Position numbers and translations under genes: made by a program
In this document: piece after piece, positions 34,864 through 46,320 of the stretch
Position numbering within the stretch: position 1 is the stretch's first letter
How the letters are laid out: every line of letters begins with the position of its first letter
NCBI RefSeq assembly: GCF_001194135.2
Contig: NC_068982.1
Span: forward strand, 4,913,302 to 4,968,590
Reading direction: 5' to 3'
From: Octopus bimaculoides
Lineage: Eukaryota
DNA: 55,289 bases
The notes under the pieces: model-generated
Databases searched by the model: none
The model's input: the letters and a program-made list of their open reading frames with translations, nothing else
Told to the model about the DNA's origin: nothing

Positions 34864-35199
34864 TTAAACATGATATTTTAGATTCTGAGGAACAAGCAAC
34901 GAAAGGGGGGGGGGGGAAATAAGAGAAGAAAACCAATGCTGTAAAAGACAGTTAGAAGGAAAGATGGTTCTATGTATTCACAAATTTCCTTTCTTGAATG
35001 TTGTATCATTTAATGATTCTTTTTAACTTTTCCATGCTGTCATGGATTGGTCGCACAATCATAATCTTGGGTGTTTTATAAACAAAGGCTCTTTATTCTT
35101 ATCAAATCATTGAATGCAAAACTCAAAAACCTATCAAGCAGTGATCTTAGCATATTCACCAGTTAAAAAAGAAAGGTTCAGTATGCCTCACTATGTATA

Positions 35200-35854
35200 T
35201 AATTTCAGAGTATTTGGGTGTCAATCTGAGGACAGCGCATGTACCAACAGTGATAAAAATCAAACATCCAGTCAACATCATGGTGTTTGGAGCGATCACT
35301 AGTGATAGCAATGTTATACTTCCATTCATTTTCCTACACAACCTCGGACTCAACATGGTGGCCTGCATCAAGTGCCTGAAGAAGGTAGTGCTGCCCTGGG
35401 TGAAGAGAGTGGCTGTTGAAAGACCCTATATCTGCAACAGGACTCTGCACCATGCCACACAAGCAGGAGAACCTAGCCATGGTTATCAGATAATTTCTGC
35501 GACCACATCAACCCTAACATCTGGTCACCTAACTCCTCAGGCAGCAACCCCCTTGATTATTATGTGTGGGGCGCAGTTAAGTGAGAGACCAACAAAACTG
35601 CTTGCAACAGCATTGATGAAGGCAAGGATTATGGCAACATTCACCAACTTAAACAAGGAGACTGCCCAGAAAAGTTGCAGGAGATTCCAAAGTCATTAGG
35701 AAGCTGTGGCTGAATCCAAAGGTGATTTTATTGAATAAATTTACACTTAGTATTTCAAGATATTTTTATGTAATTTTGGTAAATATATCTGTTAAAATGA
35801 GACGTCTGCTATTTTAATTTTTACGTAATTTAGACGACAATATATTCACCGTAC

Positions 35855-35857
<3 letters not shown>
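35200..35857 (+). mobile_element. Non-autonomous mariner-like (maT/DD37D-type) element, internally deleted
   Basis: ISEYLGVNLRT fused to VPTVIKIKHPVNIMVFGAITSD..QQDSAPCH (frameshifted)..NPLDYYVWG..; 3' end TTCACCGTACCC. Confidence 0.85.
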
Positions 35858-35910
<53 letters not shown>

Positions 35911-35984
35911 TATGTATGTATACATATGTGTATGTATATATATCTCTGCATTTGTATGTATATACATATGTGTGTGTATATGTG

Positions 35985-36230
35985 TTTCCTTGTCTTGACA
36001 TCATAAGACAATTGTAAAGAAATGTCATTGAAATATAAGTAGTATTGTTTGTTTGCAATCTGCAGAGAAAACATGTCTGACCATTGTGCTGTTCATGTTA
36101 AAGGGCTGGAGGAAATATTACCTGGCTTGGACACAGGTTGGCAACAGGGGTAAACATCTGATTGTAGAAAATCTGCCTCAACAAATTTTGGCATAGCTAT
36201 ACAAGCATGGAAAGGTAGATGTTAAACTGA
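35985..36230 (+). mobile_element. SINE-like family F with RTE-type tail
   Basis: GAAAACATGTCTG..GGTTGGCAACAGG..GAAAATCTGCCTCAACAAATT..CAAGCATGGAAA; matches 43100-43335. Confidence 0.6.
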
Positions 36231-36629
36231 TTATATATAAATGGCTTACTCTATTTTTCTCTTTCTCTCTCTCTCTCTAGCTATCAAATATGTTTCACAC
36301 ACATGTAATAGAACTAGTACATGCATCATTTAATCCCCATAAATAAAATCCAATATTGCTGCTGGATATACTTTAATTTAAGATGAAGTAGTGTCCCAGT
36401 TTGAGGAATGCAATAAATATAACCATAACCAGTTCCAAAGACAATAGGCCCCAGCAAATGAGGAAACTGCTTACAGTGGTTTGATCAGCTAGCAATGGCA
36501 GCCAACTTCCTTTCAAATCAAACAGCATCACCTCGAAGGGAAAAGAATAACACATTAGATACACTACTTATAAAAAGCATCAGGCAGAATAGGCAAGACG
36601 AAAACGTCTTTGATTATAATAATTTAGAT

Positions 36630-36960
36630 TGGTTTTGGCCATTATCGGCCCAGGCCATGACCTCACTCAATAGCATCACCTGGTAAAGTCTTTTAGTTAA
36701 TTATTTCAGGACACCATGGACCACTCAAGCAGAGAGTTGTTGTTGGTTGTGATGTATCCAGGTGTAGGTGGTTTATCTGGTATTTCCTGGAGGAATTTGT
36801 GTAGGACTATTTGCAGCGAAGAAATTGTGTCACAATGTTCTTATGTGATGTGATCTTGACCTTTGTAGGAGATGAATTGCACGACGGGGGCCTAGTCTTG
36901 GGTGAATTGTAAACATAATACCAATATCATTTGGATAATATTGGTGGAATATTTTCCACA
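36630..36960 (-). mobile_element. CR1-like LINE 3' end
   Basis: WKIFHQYYPNDIGIMFTIHPRLGPR..HKFLQEIPDKPPTPGYITTNNNSLLEW* (stop 36706-36708) plus 3' UTR GGCCTGGGCC..GGCCAAAACC. Confidence 0.75.
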
Positions 36961-37239
36961 TGGTTGTATGATTTTAGTTGACCTGAAGATTAAACAAAAA
37001 CTGAAAATTTTGGGGGTCAAATATAATAGAATGTGGTCACTACAGAGTGTCAAACTGGTGGCAGAACTTGAGGCCACTACACGAAGAAGACTGACTTGGT
37101 GAAACAGATGAACTGTTGAGAGAGACTAAAAGAACTGAAGTGCTTCACCCTACAGAGAAGGCGAAAAAGATTTGTAGTGATATTCATATGGAAAGTCCTG
37201 GAAGGTTTAGCTCCCAACTTTGGAATCAACGTTCATTTC

Positions 37240-37570
37240 ATTGTTTAATGTCCGCTTTCCATGCTAGCATGGGTTGGACGATTTGACTGAGGACTGGTGA
37301 ACCAGATGGCGGCACCAGGCTCCAATCTGACCTGGATGCCCTTCCTAATGCCAACCACTCCGAGAGTGTAGTGGGTGCTTTTTACGTGCCACCGGCACGA
37401 AGGCCTGTCAGGTGATACTGGCACCAGCCATGCTCAAAATTGTGTATTTTATGTGCCACCTGCTCAGGAGCCAGTCCAGCGGCACTGGCAATGACCTTGC
37501 TCGAATGTTTTTTCATGTGCCACCAGCACAAGTGCCAGTAAGGCGACGCTGGTAACAATCACGCTCAGCT
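37240..37570 (-). mobile_element. RTE 3' end with three tandem subunits
   Basis: Includes canonical CGTGCCGGTGGCACGTAAAAAGCACC at 37374-37399(-). Confidence 0.9.
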
Positions 37571-37582
37571 ATACCAACCAAT

Positions 37583-37815
37583 GAACTGGATGGCACTGCA
37601 TAGTACCAAAGGCCCCATCTTCTCCATCTAGAATCAGGACCCAGTATTGTAACAGCTTTGGTTTCAAGGGTCCACAACTGATCAACATTTTGTGAAACAA
37701 ACTCAGAGACTTGCAAGGTGTAGATATGGAGGTCCTCAAAAGAGCATTTGGACAAACTTTTATCTCAGATACCAGATGGACTCACATCACGGCAGGAAGT
37801 ACAAAGAAGAGCAGC
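37583..37815 (+). mobile_element. CR1-like LINE ORF2 C-terminal fragment
   Basis: TGWHCIVPKAPSSPSRIRTQYCNSFGFKGPQLINIL*NKLRDLQGVD..LDKLLSQIPD. Confidence 0.75.
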
Positions 37816-37819
37816 TCCA

Positions 37820-37990
37820 TCCAACTAGCTCCTTCACCAGGTGTCTTGGGGGAAATTTCGAACCTGGGTTCTCATTCCTAAGATATTTTTCGTTGTTGTT
37901 GTTGTTATTATTATTATTATTATTCAGGTCACTGCCTGGATTCGAACTCGGAATCTTGGGGTTAGTAGCCTGTGCTCTTAACCACTACAA
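37820..37990 (-). mobile_element. Partial PLE terminal repeat (tRNA-like head, degenerate hammerhead)
   Basis: GACACCTGGTGAAGG core remnant; intact B-box GAGTTCGAATCC. Confidence 0.85.
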
Positions 37991-38479
37991 TAACACATAC
38001 ATACACAAACCCACACACACATGAAACTTCACATTTCCCATACATACATTGCAACACAGAAACAAAACTACCATGGACGGGGATTCTCAAATACCAGACT
38101 CTTTTCACTACCTCTAAGACATGTAGCAGTCACATTACACTATACATGTTCTCATTTGCACATGAAAAGCTACTCACAGCCTGAGGCTAACCAGACAACA
38201 TCGAAGACAGAGCAGAGCAGAAGTGAAAGTAAGTGACATAGCTTTCAAATGTGGTTGGAAGTTGAGTGATTGAACGAATAGATGGATGATAAAAGAAATT
38301 TGCTTCAGATATGAACATCGTCTAATTTCAGAAAATCTGATTATTTTCAATGAACTAAAATCCCAGAGAAGCTAACTATAATGGAGAATAACTCGATGTA
38401 TCCACAGTTGCTGTTTAATTTTCTTATCCAGAGAATAAAACTGATCGCTGTTTCTAAACTAGATCCAATACAATCCCTT

Positions 38480-38990
38480 AAAATGATGATGATGCCATTT
38501 TCCACCAGCACAGGGGCCAGAGGGGACAGGCATTGTCCATGATCAGTGTTGCCGGCACAGGAGCTAGTCAAGGTGGTACTGGCATTGGCCAGTGCTTTTT
38601 ACGTGACACTGGAACGGGTATCACAACTACAATTTCCATTTCATTTAATTTTGCTGATGTTGATGTACTTGACTCAATAGGTCTCCTGAAGCACAGCATG
38701 CCACCCTACGATCTAAGGTACTTTTGAGTGGGATCATTATGCGACACTGGTGTAGGTTACAGCTGTGAACTCACTTTATTTGCCGGGTCTTCTCAGTCAC
38801 AGCATATCTCCAGAGGTCTCAGTCTTTTGTCATTGCCTCTGTGAGGCCCAACATTCAAAGGTCATGTTTCACCACCTCATCCAATGTCTTCCTGGGTCTC
38901 CCTCTACCCCAGATTCCTTCCACTGTTTGAGAGTCACATTTCTTCACACAGCCCTCCTCATCCATCCATAGTACATGACCATACCAAATC
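38480..38990 (-). mobile_element. RTE LINE ORF2 end + 3' UTR
   Basis: WYGHVLWMDEEGCVKKC..VEGIWGRGRPRKT..HDL*MLGLTEAMT..LWRYAVTEKTRQIK* (38771-38987) linked to family A subunits. Confidence 0.8.
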
Positions 38991-39059
38991 TGATGCTTCT
39001 TAGGTCCAACATTTCTCTCAGGGCATTTACACTCTATCGTGTGGGCACACTGACATTAC

Positions 39060-39260
39060 ACATCATCATCATCTTCATTTAACGTCCATTTTCCATGCTG
39101 GCATGAGTTGGACGCTTTGACCAGGGCTGGTAAGCGGTGGATGGGCAGTTGGGCTGCCCCAGACTCCAGTTGTCTGTTATGGCATGGTTTTTCACAGCTG
39201 GATACCCTTCCTAGCACCAACCCCCTTACAGAGTGGATTGGTTCCTTTTTACAGGGCACC
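39060..39260 (-). mobile_element. RTE 3' end (family A)
   Basis: (CAT)n-TTTAACGTCCATTTTCCATGCTGGCATG..GGATACCCTTCC. Confidence 0.85.
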
Positions 39261-40166
39261 ATAGTACATCTATATTTTAGACTCGCAAACTTAGAGCCAT
39301 CATTATAATGTCTATCACATGTAGCTTCATTCTTTTGCATAATATGTTCAAATCCTACTCAGGCTGCCATTGTACTCCTTATCATCCAGGTCAATGCCAA
39401 GAGTACCAGTAATGTACTAAGTTCCCTTCTTTCCCTCCTCCTCCACAAGACCTGGCCTTGAGCATACTCAGAAGTAATCAATACAGTATTATTTCATAAA
39501 CCTGTAGAAAAGAGATTTGTTAATACCAATACAGATATTAACTATTGTCTCTCATGCAATTACTAGATTGTCAACATTATTTCATTTTTGATAAGATTTC
39601 CTTGACACGTAGAATTATAGAGTTCATATGTGAAAGTAGACTAAGAATGCTTTAAGCTGAAATCATTCCCCTGTATTATCAACAATACAATAATGGGAGA
39701 AAAAGAGAGAGAAGCGCAGAAGAAAGTCAGGCATTAATGGAGATGCATATAAAAGATATTAAAAAAAATAAACCTAACAAAAACGAGGATAAAAATGTGG
39801 AAAAGCTCGAATAAATATTTTTCCTTTATATTAGATATTTTTTTTCTTTATATTAAATGTCAAAACAGACATACAACAAGTGTAATTTTCAGTTTTGTTT
39901 TCTGAGCCTATTGTTTTGACTGCTTTTATTTAAGTTTTAATCAATAGCTCTCAGTGACTCCGTGTTAATTGTATTTGTAGAGATATGACATATAGATTTG
40001 TCAACTGGAGTATGGCAATGGAATTACAGGGGAAGTGGAAACATAAATGATTCAATAAACCATTCACTGGTTCATTGTACCTCTTTCAACTCCAACACCC
40101 AATGAAGTTATTGTTCTTGAATGAATGCAGCAATAAAAGAAAATAGTCAAACCAATGATATGCAGC

Positions 40167-40204
<38 letters not shown>

Positions 40205-40206
<2 letters not shown>

Positions 40207-40420
40207 CCTTTCTACTATTGGTATGTGCCTGAAATTGTCAAGAGGAGGTGAGTCGATTACATCAACCCCCAGTGTTCAACTGGTACATATTATATGGACC
40301 CCCGAAAGGATGAAAAGCAAAGTTGACCTTGGCGGAATTTGAGCTCAGAATGTGAAGACAGACAAAATGTTGCTAAGCATTTTTCCCAGCATGCTAAACG
40401 ATCCTGCCAGCTTACCGTCT
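40205..40420 (-). mobile_element. SINE family B
   Basis: Preceded by (AAT)n tail 40148-40206; family motifs. Confidence 0.85.
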
Positions 40421-40449
40421 TAATAATAACAATAACAATGATAATAATA

Positions 40450-41165
40450 ATAATAATAATTGTCATCATTTAATGTCAGCTTTCCATGCTGGCATGGGTT
40501 GGACGGTTTGACTGAGGACTGGTTAGCCGGGGAGCTGCACCAGGTTCCGGGGAGCTGCACCAGGTTCCAGTCTGATTTGGCATGGTTTCCATGGCTGGAT
40601 GCTGTTCTTAATACCAACCACTTCAAGAGCGTAGTGAGTGCTTTTAATGTACCAGTTATGTGACAGTGGCATCGGCCACGACTACGAACTCACTTGGCTT
40701 GACAGACCTTCTCAAGCATGGTATATTGCCAAAGGTCTCAATCACTTGTCATTGCCCTCGTGAGGCCCAACATCCCAAAGGGTGATTCTTATGTGCCACT
40801 GATATGGGTGCCAGTCACCACGGCACTGGCATCAGCCACAACTAAGATTTCACTTGGCTTGACAGCTCTTCTCACAGCATATCACCCAACATTCAAAGGG
40901 TGCTTTTTACATGCCAGTCACATGACACTGGCATCAGACCCGACTATGATCTCAATTGGTCTTCATGGGTCTTCTGAGGTGTGGCATATCGCTAACGGTT
41001 ACTTGTCTTTGCCTCCACGAAGCCCAACGTTCAGAGATCATGCTTCATCGCTTTGTCCCATGTCTTCCTGGGTCTACCTCTTCCACAGGTTCCCTCCACC
41101 ATTAGAGTGCAACACTTCTTCACACAGATGGCCTCATCCATATGCATCATATGACCATACGTTGC
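40450..41165 (-). mobile_element. RTE LINE ORF2 end + 3' UTR with triplicated ORF-end/UTR junction
   Basis: YGHMMHMDEAICVKKC..VEGTCGRGRPRKTWD..HDL*; ORF-end segment recurs at ~40690-40775 and ~40840-40890; ends in family A tail. Confidence 0.85.
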
Positions 41166-41439
41166 ATAGTATCCAATATCGTGATGTTGATGAAAGATAT
41201 GGTATTTACTGGGGGTTTGTACTGTCTGTCAAGTCACAACAAGGACTTCAGACAGACAGTGCTTTATGCCATATGCGTGCTGTTCCATTAACAAAATAGA
41301 TACTAGATAGTTGGCAACGAGTAAAAGATAAAGAGATAGGGATATAAATAAGGGGTGAAGGTAGGAAAAGTCTATGGAAAAGAACCAGAGAAGAAGAGTG
41401 AGAAGTGATGGAGAAAGTAGGGCTGATGTAATATAGTTG

Positions 41440-41785
41440 ATAGTTGGCACTCCGTTGCTTACTACATCAAGGGTTCCAGTTGATCCGACCAACGGAACAA
41501 CCTGCTCATGAAATTAACGGGCAAGTAGTTCTCAGGGATATTCAGCGTGACACAGTGTGACAAGGCTGACCCTTTGAATTACAGGCACAACAGAAACAGG
41601 AAGAGTGAGAGAAAGTTGTGGTGAAAGAGTACAACAGGGTTTGCCACCATTCCCTGCCGGAGCCTCGTGGAGCTTTAGGTGTTTTCGTTCAATAAACACT
41701 CACAACGCCTGGTCTGGGAATCGAAACCGCGATCCTATGACCACTAGTCTGCTGCCCTAACCACTGGACCATTGCGCCTCCACTG
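41440..41785 (-). mobile_element. SINE family D, near full length
   Basis: Minus-strand head GTGGAGGCGCAATGGTCCAGTGGTTAGGGCAGC..GGTTTCGATTCCCAGACC. Confidence 0.85.
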
Positions 41786-42379
41786 TAATATAGTAATAGC
41801 CAAATATTTAAGAAATTGTGCTTTTCCTTGTTCCTTCTTTTAATGGGGAATAGGGTCTGCCCTTTATAAACAAAATGAAGTTAAGAACGAATGTTATAAA
41901 TTAAATAGTAATATTTGCTTTTTCATTAAGTATAAATGAATGAGGAAGTGTCAATTAGCAGAATGGCTTTTTGGAAACTTTAAAGCAATACGTCTCAAAG
42001 ATGTTGGTAGAATAGTACAAAATTCTACCTTGAATTAGACATGCTGTTAAATCTGTCTTAATGGAAAGATAAATGATAACTGATCATGGAAGATTAAAAT
42101 TTAGGACCATACCGAAGATATTTTGGGTAATATACATTTAAAAGCTTTCTAATTATGTTCAGTATTTTCATTAAAATCAATCAAAGCAGACCCACTAATT
42201 ATAATTACAATGCTAACTTTCAAAGCCAATGTAGTTTACATGTTGTAGTGAGTTTGTTAATTGTGAATTCAGACATTTTCCCATGCTCTCCAATATTAAC
42301 ACTATTTCCAATAAATGTCCGAGATGATTCATCTGATTAAAACTGATATAACTCAGAGATGATTTCAGATAATAAGGCA

Positions 42380-42540
42380 CAAACATGGTTGTGTCGTAAG
42401 AGATTTGTTTCCTCCGGCCGCACGGCTTCAAGTTGAGTCCCACTGTGTGGAACCTTGGGCAAGTGTCTTCTGCTATAGTCTTGGGCAAACCAATACCTTG
42501 TGAGTGGATTTGATTGGTGGAAACTGAAAGTAGCTTATTC
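42380..42540 (+). mobile_element. SINE C 5' half ending in (GT)n(AT)n microsatellite 42545-42685
   Basis: GGCAAGTGTCTTC..GTGAGTGGATTTG..GGAAACTGAAAG. Confidence 0.8.
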
Positions 42541-42544
42541 TATG

Positions 42545-42668
<124 letters not shown>

Positions 42669-42684
42669 TATATACATATATATA

Positions 42685-43025
42685 TGAAGGCACATGGCTC
42701 AGTTGTTAGAGTGTCAAGCTCACAATCATGAAGTAGTGAGTTTGATTCCCGGACTTGGCTGTGTGTTATGTACTTGAGCAAGACACTTTATCTCACATTG
42801 CTCCAGTTTGCTCAGTTGTAGAAATGAATTGCAACGTCACAGGTGCCAAGCTGTATCGGCCCCTTTGCTTTTTCCTTCGATAAACATCGGCGGCATGGAG
42901 AGAGGAGACTGGTATGCCTGGGTGACTGCTGGTCTTCCATAAAAACAACCTTTCCCGGACTTGTGCCTCGGAGGGTAACTTTCTAGGTGCAATCCCATGG
43001 TCATTCGTGATTGAAAGGAGTCTTT
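42685..43025 (+). mobile_element. tRNA-headed SINE family E (CORE-like TTGAGCAAGACACTT)
   Basis: TGGCTCAGTTG A-box-like, GAGTTTGATTCC B-box-like; related minus fragment at ~49200-49320. Confidence 0.7.
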
Positions 43026-43066
43026 ATCTTTTTATATATCTATATGGATATGTATAGATATATACG

Positions 43067-43099
<33 letters not shown>

Positions 43100-43112
<13 letters not shown>

Positions 43113-43335
43113 ACTCTTACCTCGACATTGTGTAATTGTTGTGAGGTCACTCACAACATGCAAATGCTATCTATTTCCAATCTTCTGTGAAAACATGTCT
43201 GGTCATAGGGAAAAATATACCTAATTTGGAAACAAGTGATGGTTGGTAACAGGAAGAGCATCCAGCCATAGAAAACCTACCTCAACAAATTCTGTCCAAC
43301 CCATGCAAGCATGGAAAAGTGGACATTAAATGATA
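43100..43335 (+). mobile_element. SINE-like family F with RTE-type tail
   Basis: Matches 35985-36230; AGGAAGAGCATCCAGCC..CCAACCCATGCAAGCATGG. Confidence 0.65.
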
Positions 43336-43548
43336 AGAGTGATGAAAGCATCTGTAGAGTTTATTCATCCACTGTAGATTTTTTTCTGTTTTTTATCTTT
43401 ACCCCCTTGCCAACGCTTATCAAGCAAACTTTATCAATCAAAGACATTTTAGCTATGACCATTCCAGAATTTTTTACAGCTAGATAACATTACCAAATAT
43501 GACCCTCTTCTTTGATATGATGGAAATTTGATAGCTTTTTACTCTCAG

Positions 43549-43609
43549 GTCATGTGACAATAAACAGGATTCTTCGTTGGGTAGCTGTTTGTTCCTTTTA
43601 TGGAGACAG
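43549..43609 (+). other. Candidate isolated 61-nt exon
   Basis: Acceptor GCTTTTTACTCTCAG| and full-consensus donor CAG|GTAAGT; non-repetitive; two frames open; no partner exon found. Confidence 0.3.
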
Positions 43610-43759
43610 GTAAGTCAGTTGCATTTGTTTTACAGAAATAATGAAATCAATTCTTCAAGCTTCAATTCGTTTTTTAAAGTAGATTATGATTTCTGAAACA
43701 AAGTTCATTTTAAGCACAAGAAAAATAACTATTCACACTGAAAATAATATTTCAGCTTG

Positions 43760-43955
43760 GACACGTAAAAGCACCCACTACACTCTCTGAGTGGTTGGCG
43801 TTAGGAAGGGCATCCAGCTGTAAAAACTCTGCCAAATTAGATTGGAGCCTGGTGTAGCCATCCGGTTGCACCAGTCCTCAGTCAAATCGTCCAACCCATG
43901 CTAGCATGGAAAGCAGAAGTTAAACGATGATGATGATGATGATGATGATGATGAA
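43760..43955 (+). mobile_element. RTE 3' end (family A)
   Basis: Near consensus with (GAT)n. Confidence 0.9.
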
Positions 43956-44064
43956 GGCTGCCAAATGTTCATCCAGTGGTTGAAACCATTTGTGATAGAA
44001 TTCCTAATGAAAGAAGAAGAAGACGACAATGGCGACAACAACAATGATGACGATGACCACCACC

Positions 44065-44225
44065 ACCATTTAATGTCTGTTTTCAATGCTGGCATGAATT
44101 CAACAGTTTAACAGGAGCTGGCCAGCTAGGGAACTGTCCAGATTCCAATTGTATGCTGTGGTATGGTTTCTACAGTTGGATGCCCTTCCTAACACCAACC
44201 ACTCTACAGGGTGTGCTGGGTGTTG
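44065..44225 (-). mobile_element. RTE 3' end (family A)
   Basis: CATTTAATGTCTGTTTTCAATGCTGGCATG..GGATGCCCTTCC. Confidence 0.8.
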
Positions 44226-44884
44226 GAAATACTCAACAGTTTGAAGGGATTCTGGTAAAATAATCAGCTCCATTATGATTAAACTAGTATTAGAACATAA
44301 CATGGCAAAATGTTGTGTTTTCTTTAATGAAAGGTTTTAACTTCAACATAAACACTTTAAAACAAGCAATTTTGCATCATAAAACTGGACACTCTCTGAA
44401 GAGTTGATGTGAAAAAGGTTAAAGAATGTTACTTGTGTTACTGATGATATATGAGTTGAACAAAGCAGTAAATAAAAGAAAATATGAATTGAATTTTTAA
44501 TTCTTTCATTTGTAGCTTTCCGATTCAACAAAATCTCATAATAAATGCACATCTAATTACAAATTGTAAACAATTCTCGTTCAAATTATGTACTTCCTAC
44601 CTTGTGTACAAAGCTAGTCACAATATTTACATAATCTGAAAGACTTAGAATATTTAAACAATATACTGTTATTAAAATATTTATTTCTCTTATGCTAACT
44701 TATGGTAATCACCAAAGAACACTGACATTATTGCTCGAGAAACAATCAGTCTATATAACATTCAAGAGAAGTGATTAAACTGGTTTGAAGCTATCTCACT
44801 ATACATATCACAAATGCCTGAAAGAAAGGCATCGCCATTTCGCAAATTCATTTATTTACTGTGTACTCCTTCTTCTCTCTTCTT

Positions 44885-45260
44885 TTAACTGCCATGTCCA
44901 GAATGTGGGACATAATCGATCATGTCCTGCCACAAATCCCAGTTCTTTGTTTTCTGTAACAGTTCCACTTCCTGATGTTTAATGCCTCTTTCTTCCACTG
45001 AATTCTTCAAGCTGACCATCCATATCATCCATCTCCTTTCACCGCTTCTTTTCTCTTCAGTCTTTGGTCATCACTAAATTCTCCAGGCCCTCTTTCCTCA
45101 TCACATGACCAAGAAATCTCAGTTATTTGGCCCTTATCTCACAAAACAGTTTATTATTTACCACAGCCCAGGTCATCACTTCTTCATTAGACATTTTGCT
45201 CTGCCCATGCTATCCTCAATATTCTCCTTGACACATGAATCACCATATGTAACCACAGGT
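44885..45260 (-). mobile_element. Second RTE (BovB/Expander-like) LINE, ORF2 C-terminus
   Basis: RRILRIAW..MSNEEV..LRFLGHVMRKEGLENLVMT..EVELLQKTKNWDLWQDMIDYV..GHGS* (stop 44885-44887). Confidence 0.8.
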
Positions 45261-45325
45261 GGTTCATTGCAAACTCCACACAACCACCAGTAACAGGCTG
45301 TGGCAGTTAATATGTTAAGCACTAT

Positions 45326-46149
45326 AGGGTGCGAGGGGTAAATTGTCACCATTTTATATTTTCCATTTTGCGCATGTGCATTGTTTGCTTTTGATTTTGT
45401 TGACTACACAGTATAGTAGGGTCAGTTGGGCACCATCTATGAGAAAAAGAGCACCATGACGCAATTCACACTGCCATAAATTTGGAAATGACATGGTGTA
45501 CTGCTTGGCCTTCACACCAGAAGCTCTCTAATACGAACATTTCAGAGTGTTTGGGTGTCAATCTGAGGACAGTGCATGTACCGAGAGTGATAAAAATCAA
45601 ACATCCAGTCAACATCATGGTGTTTGGAGTGATCTCTAGTGAAGGTGATGTTATGCCTCCATTCATTTCCCCACATGGCTTCAGACTCAACATGGAGGCT
45701 TACATCAAATGCTTGGAGAGGGTAGTGCTGCCCTGTGTGAAGAGGGTGGCTGCTGGAAGACCCTATATCTGGCAACAGGACTCTGCACCATGCCAGGAGA
45801 ACCCAGTCATGACTGTCAGACAATTTCTGCGACCCAGACTGCAATTCTCTTGATTATTATGTGTGGGGCACAGTTGAATGAGAGACCAACAAAACTCCTA
45901 ACACCAAAGATGAACTGAAGGCAAGGATAATGGCAGCATTCACCATCTTAAACAAGGAGACCATCCAGAAGAGTTGCTGGAGATTCCGAAGTCGTTTGGA
46001 GGCCATAGTTGAAGCCAATTGCAATTTTATTAAATGAATTTACTCTTTAGTTATTTCAAGGTTTTTTTATGTAATTTTGGTAAATATATTTGTTAAAATG
46101 AGATGTCAGTGTTATTTTAATTTCTGCATAATTTATTCAGCAGACACTG
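45326..46149 (+). mobile_element. Non-autonomous mariner-like (maT/DD37D-type) element, TA-flanked
   Basis: ISECLGVNLRTV fused to VPRVIKIKHPVNIMVFGVISSEG..WQQDSAPC..DYYVWG; TA on both sides; degenerate termini. Confidence 0.85.
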
Positions 46150-46320
46150 TATATTTCACAGCTCTTCAACCATTTCATTACAACACATAGCACTTCAATA
46201 TACAGATCTTGGTGTGTGGTTTCTCAAGATGTTCTACAATTCTGAGAATGCAGATTTTGCCAGCATTATTTGTCTTTTGAGACATCTTGCATCTTCAGTA
46301 TTATTTATCCTTTTTATTTT
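46150..46320 (-). mobile_element. Upstream continuation of the BovB-like RTE interrupted by the mariner
   Basis: DARCLKRQIMLAKSAFSEL*NILRN..KICILKCYV resembles RTE EIKRRIxxAKxAF..LKCYV. Confidence 0.65.

Noticed and set aside
35193-35699. 168-aa ORF as an intact transposase
   Set aside because: Internally deleted, and it shifts out of the transposase frame before the QQDSAPCH motif; non-functional.
40718-41299. 193-aa ORF, longest non-gap ORF
   Set aside because: Antisense to decayed RTE sequence; no independent coding evidence.
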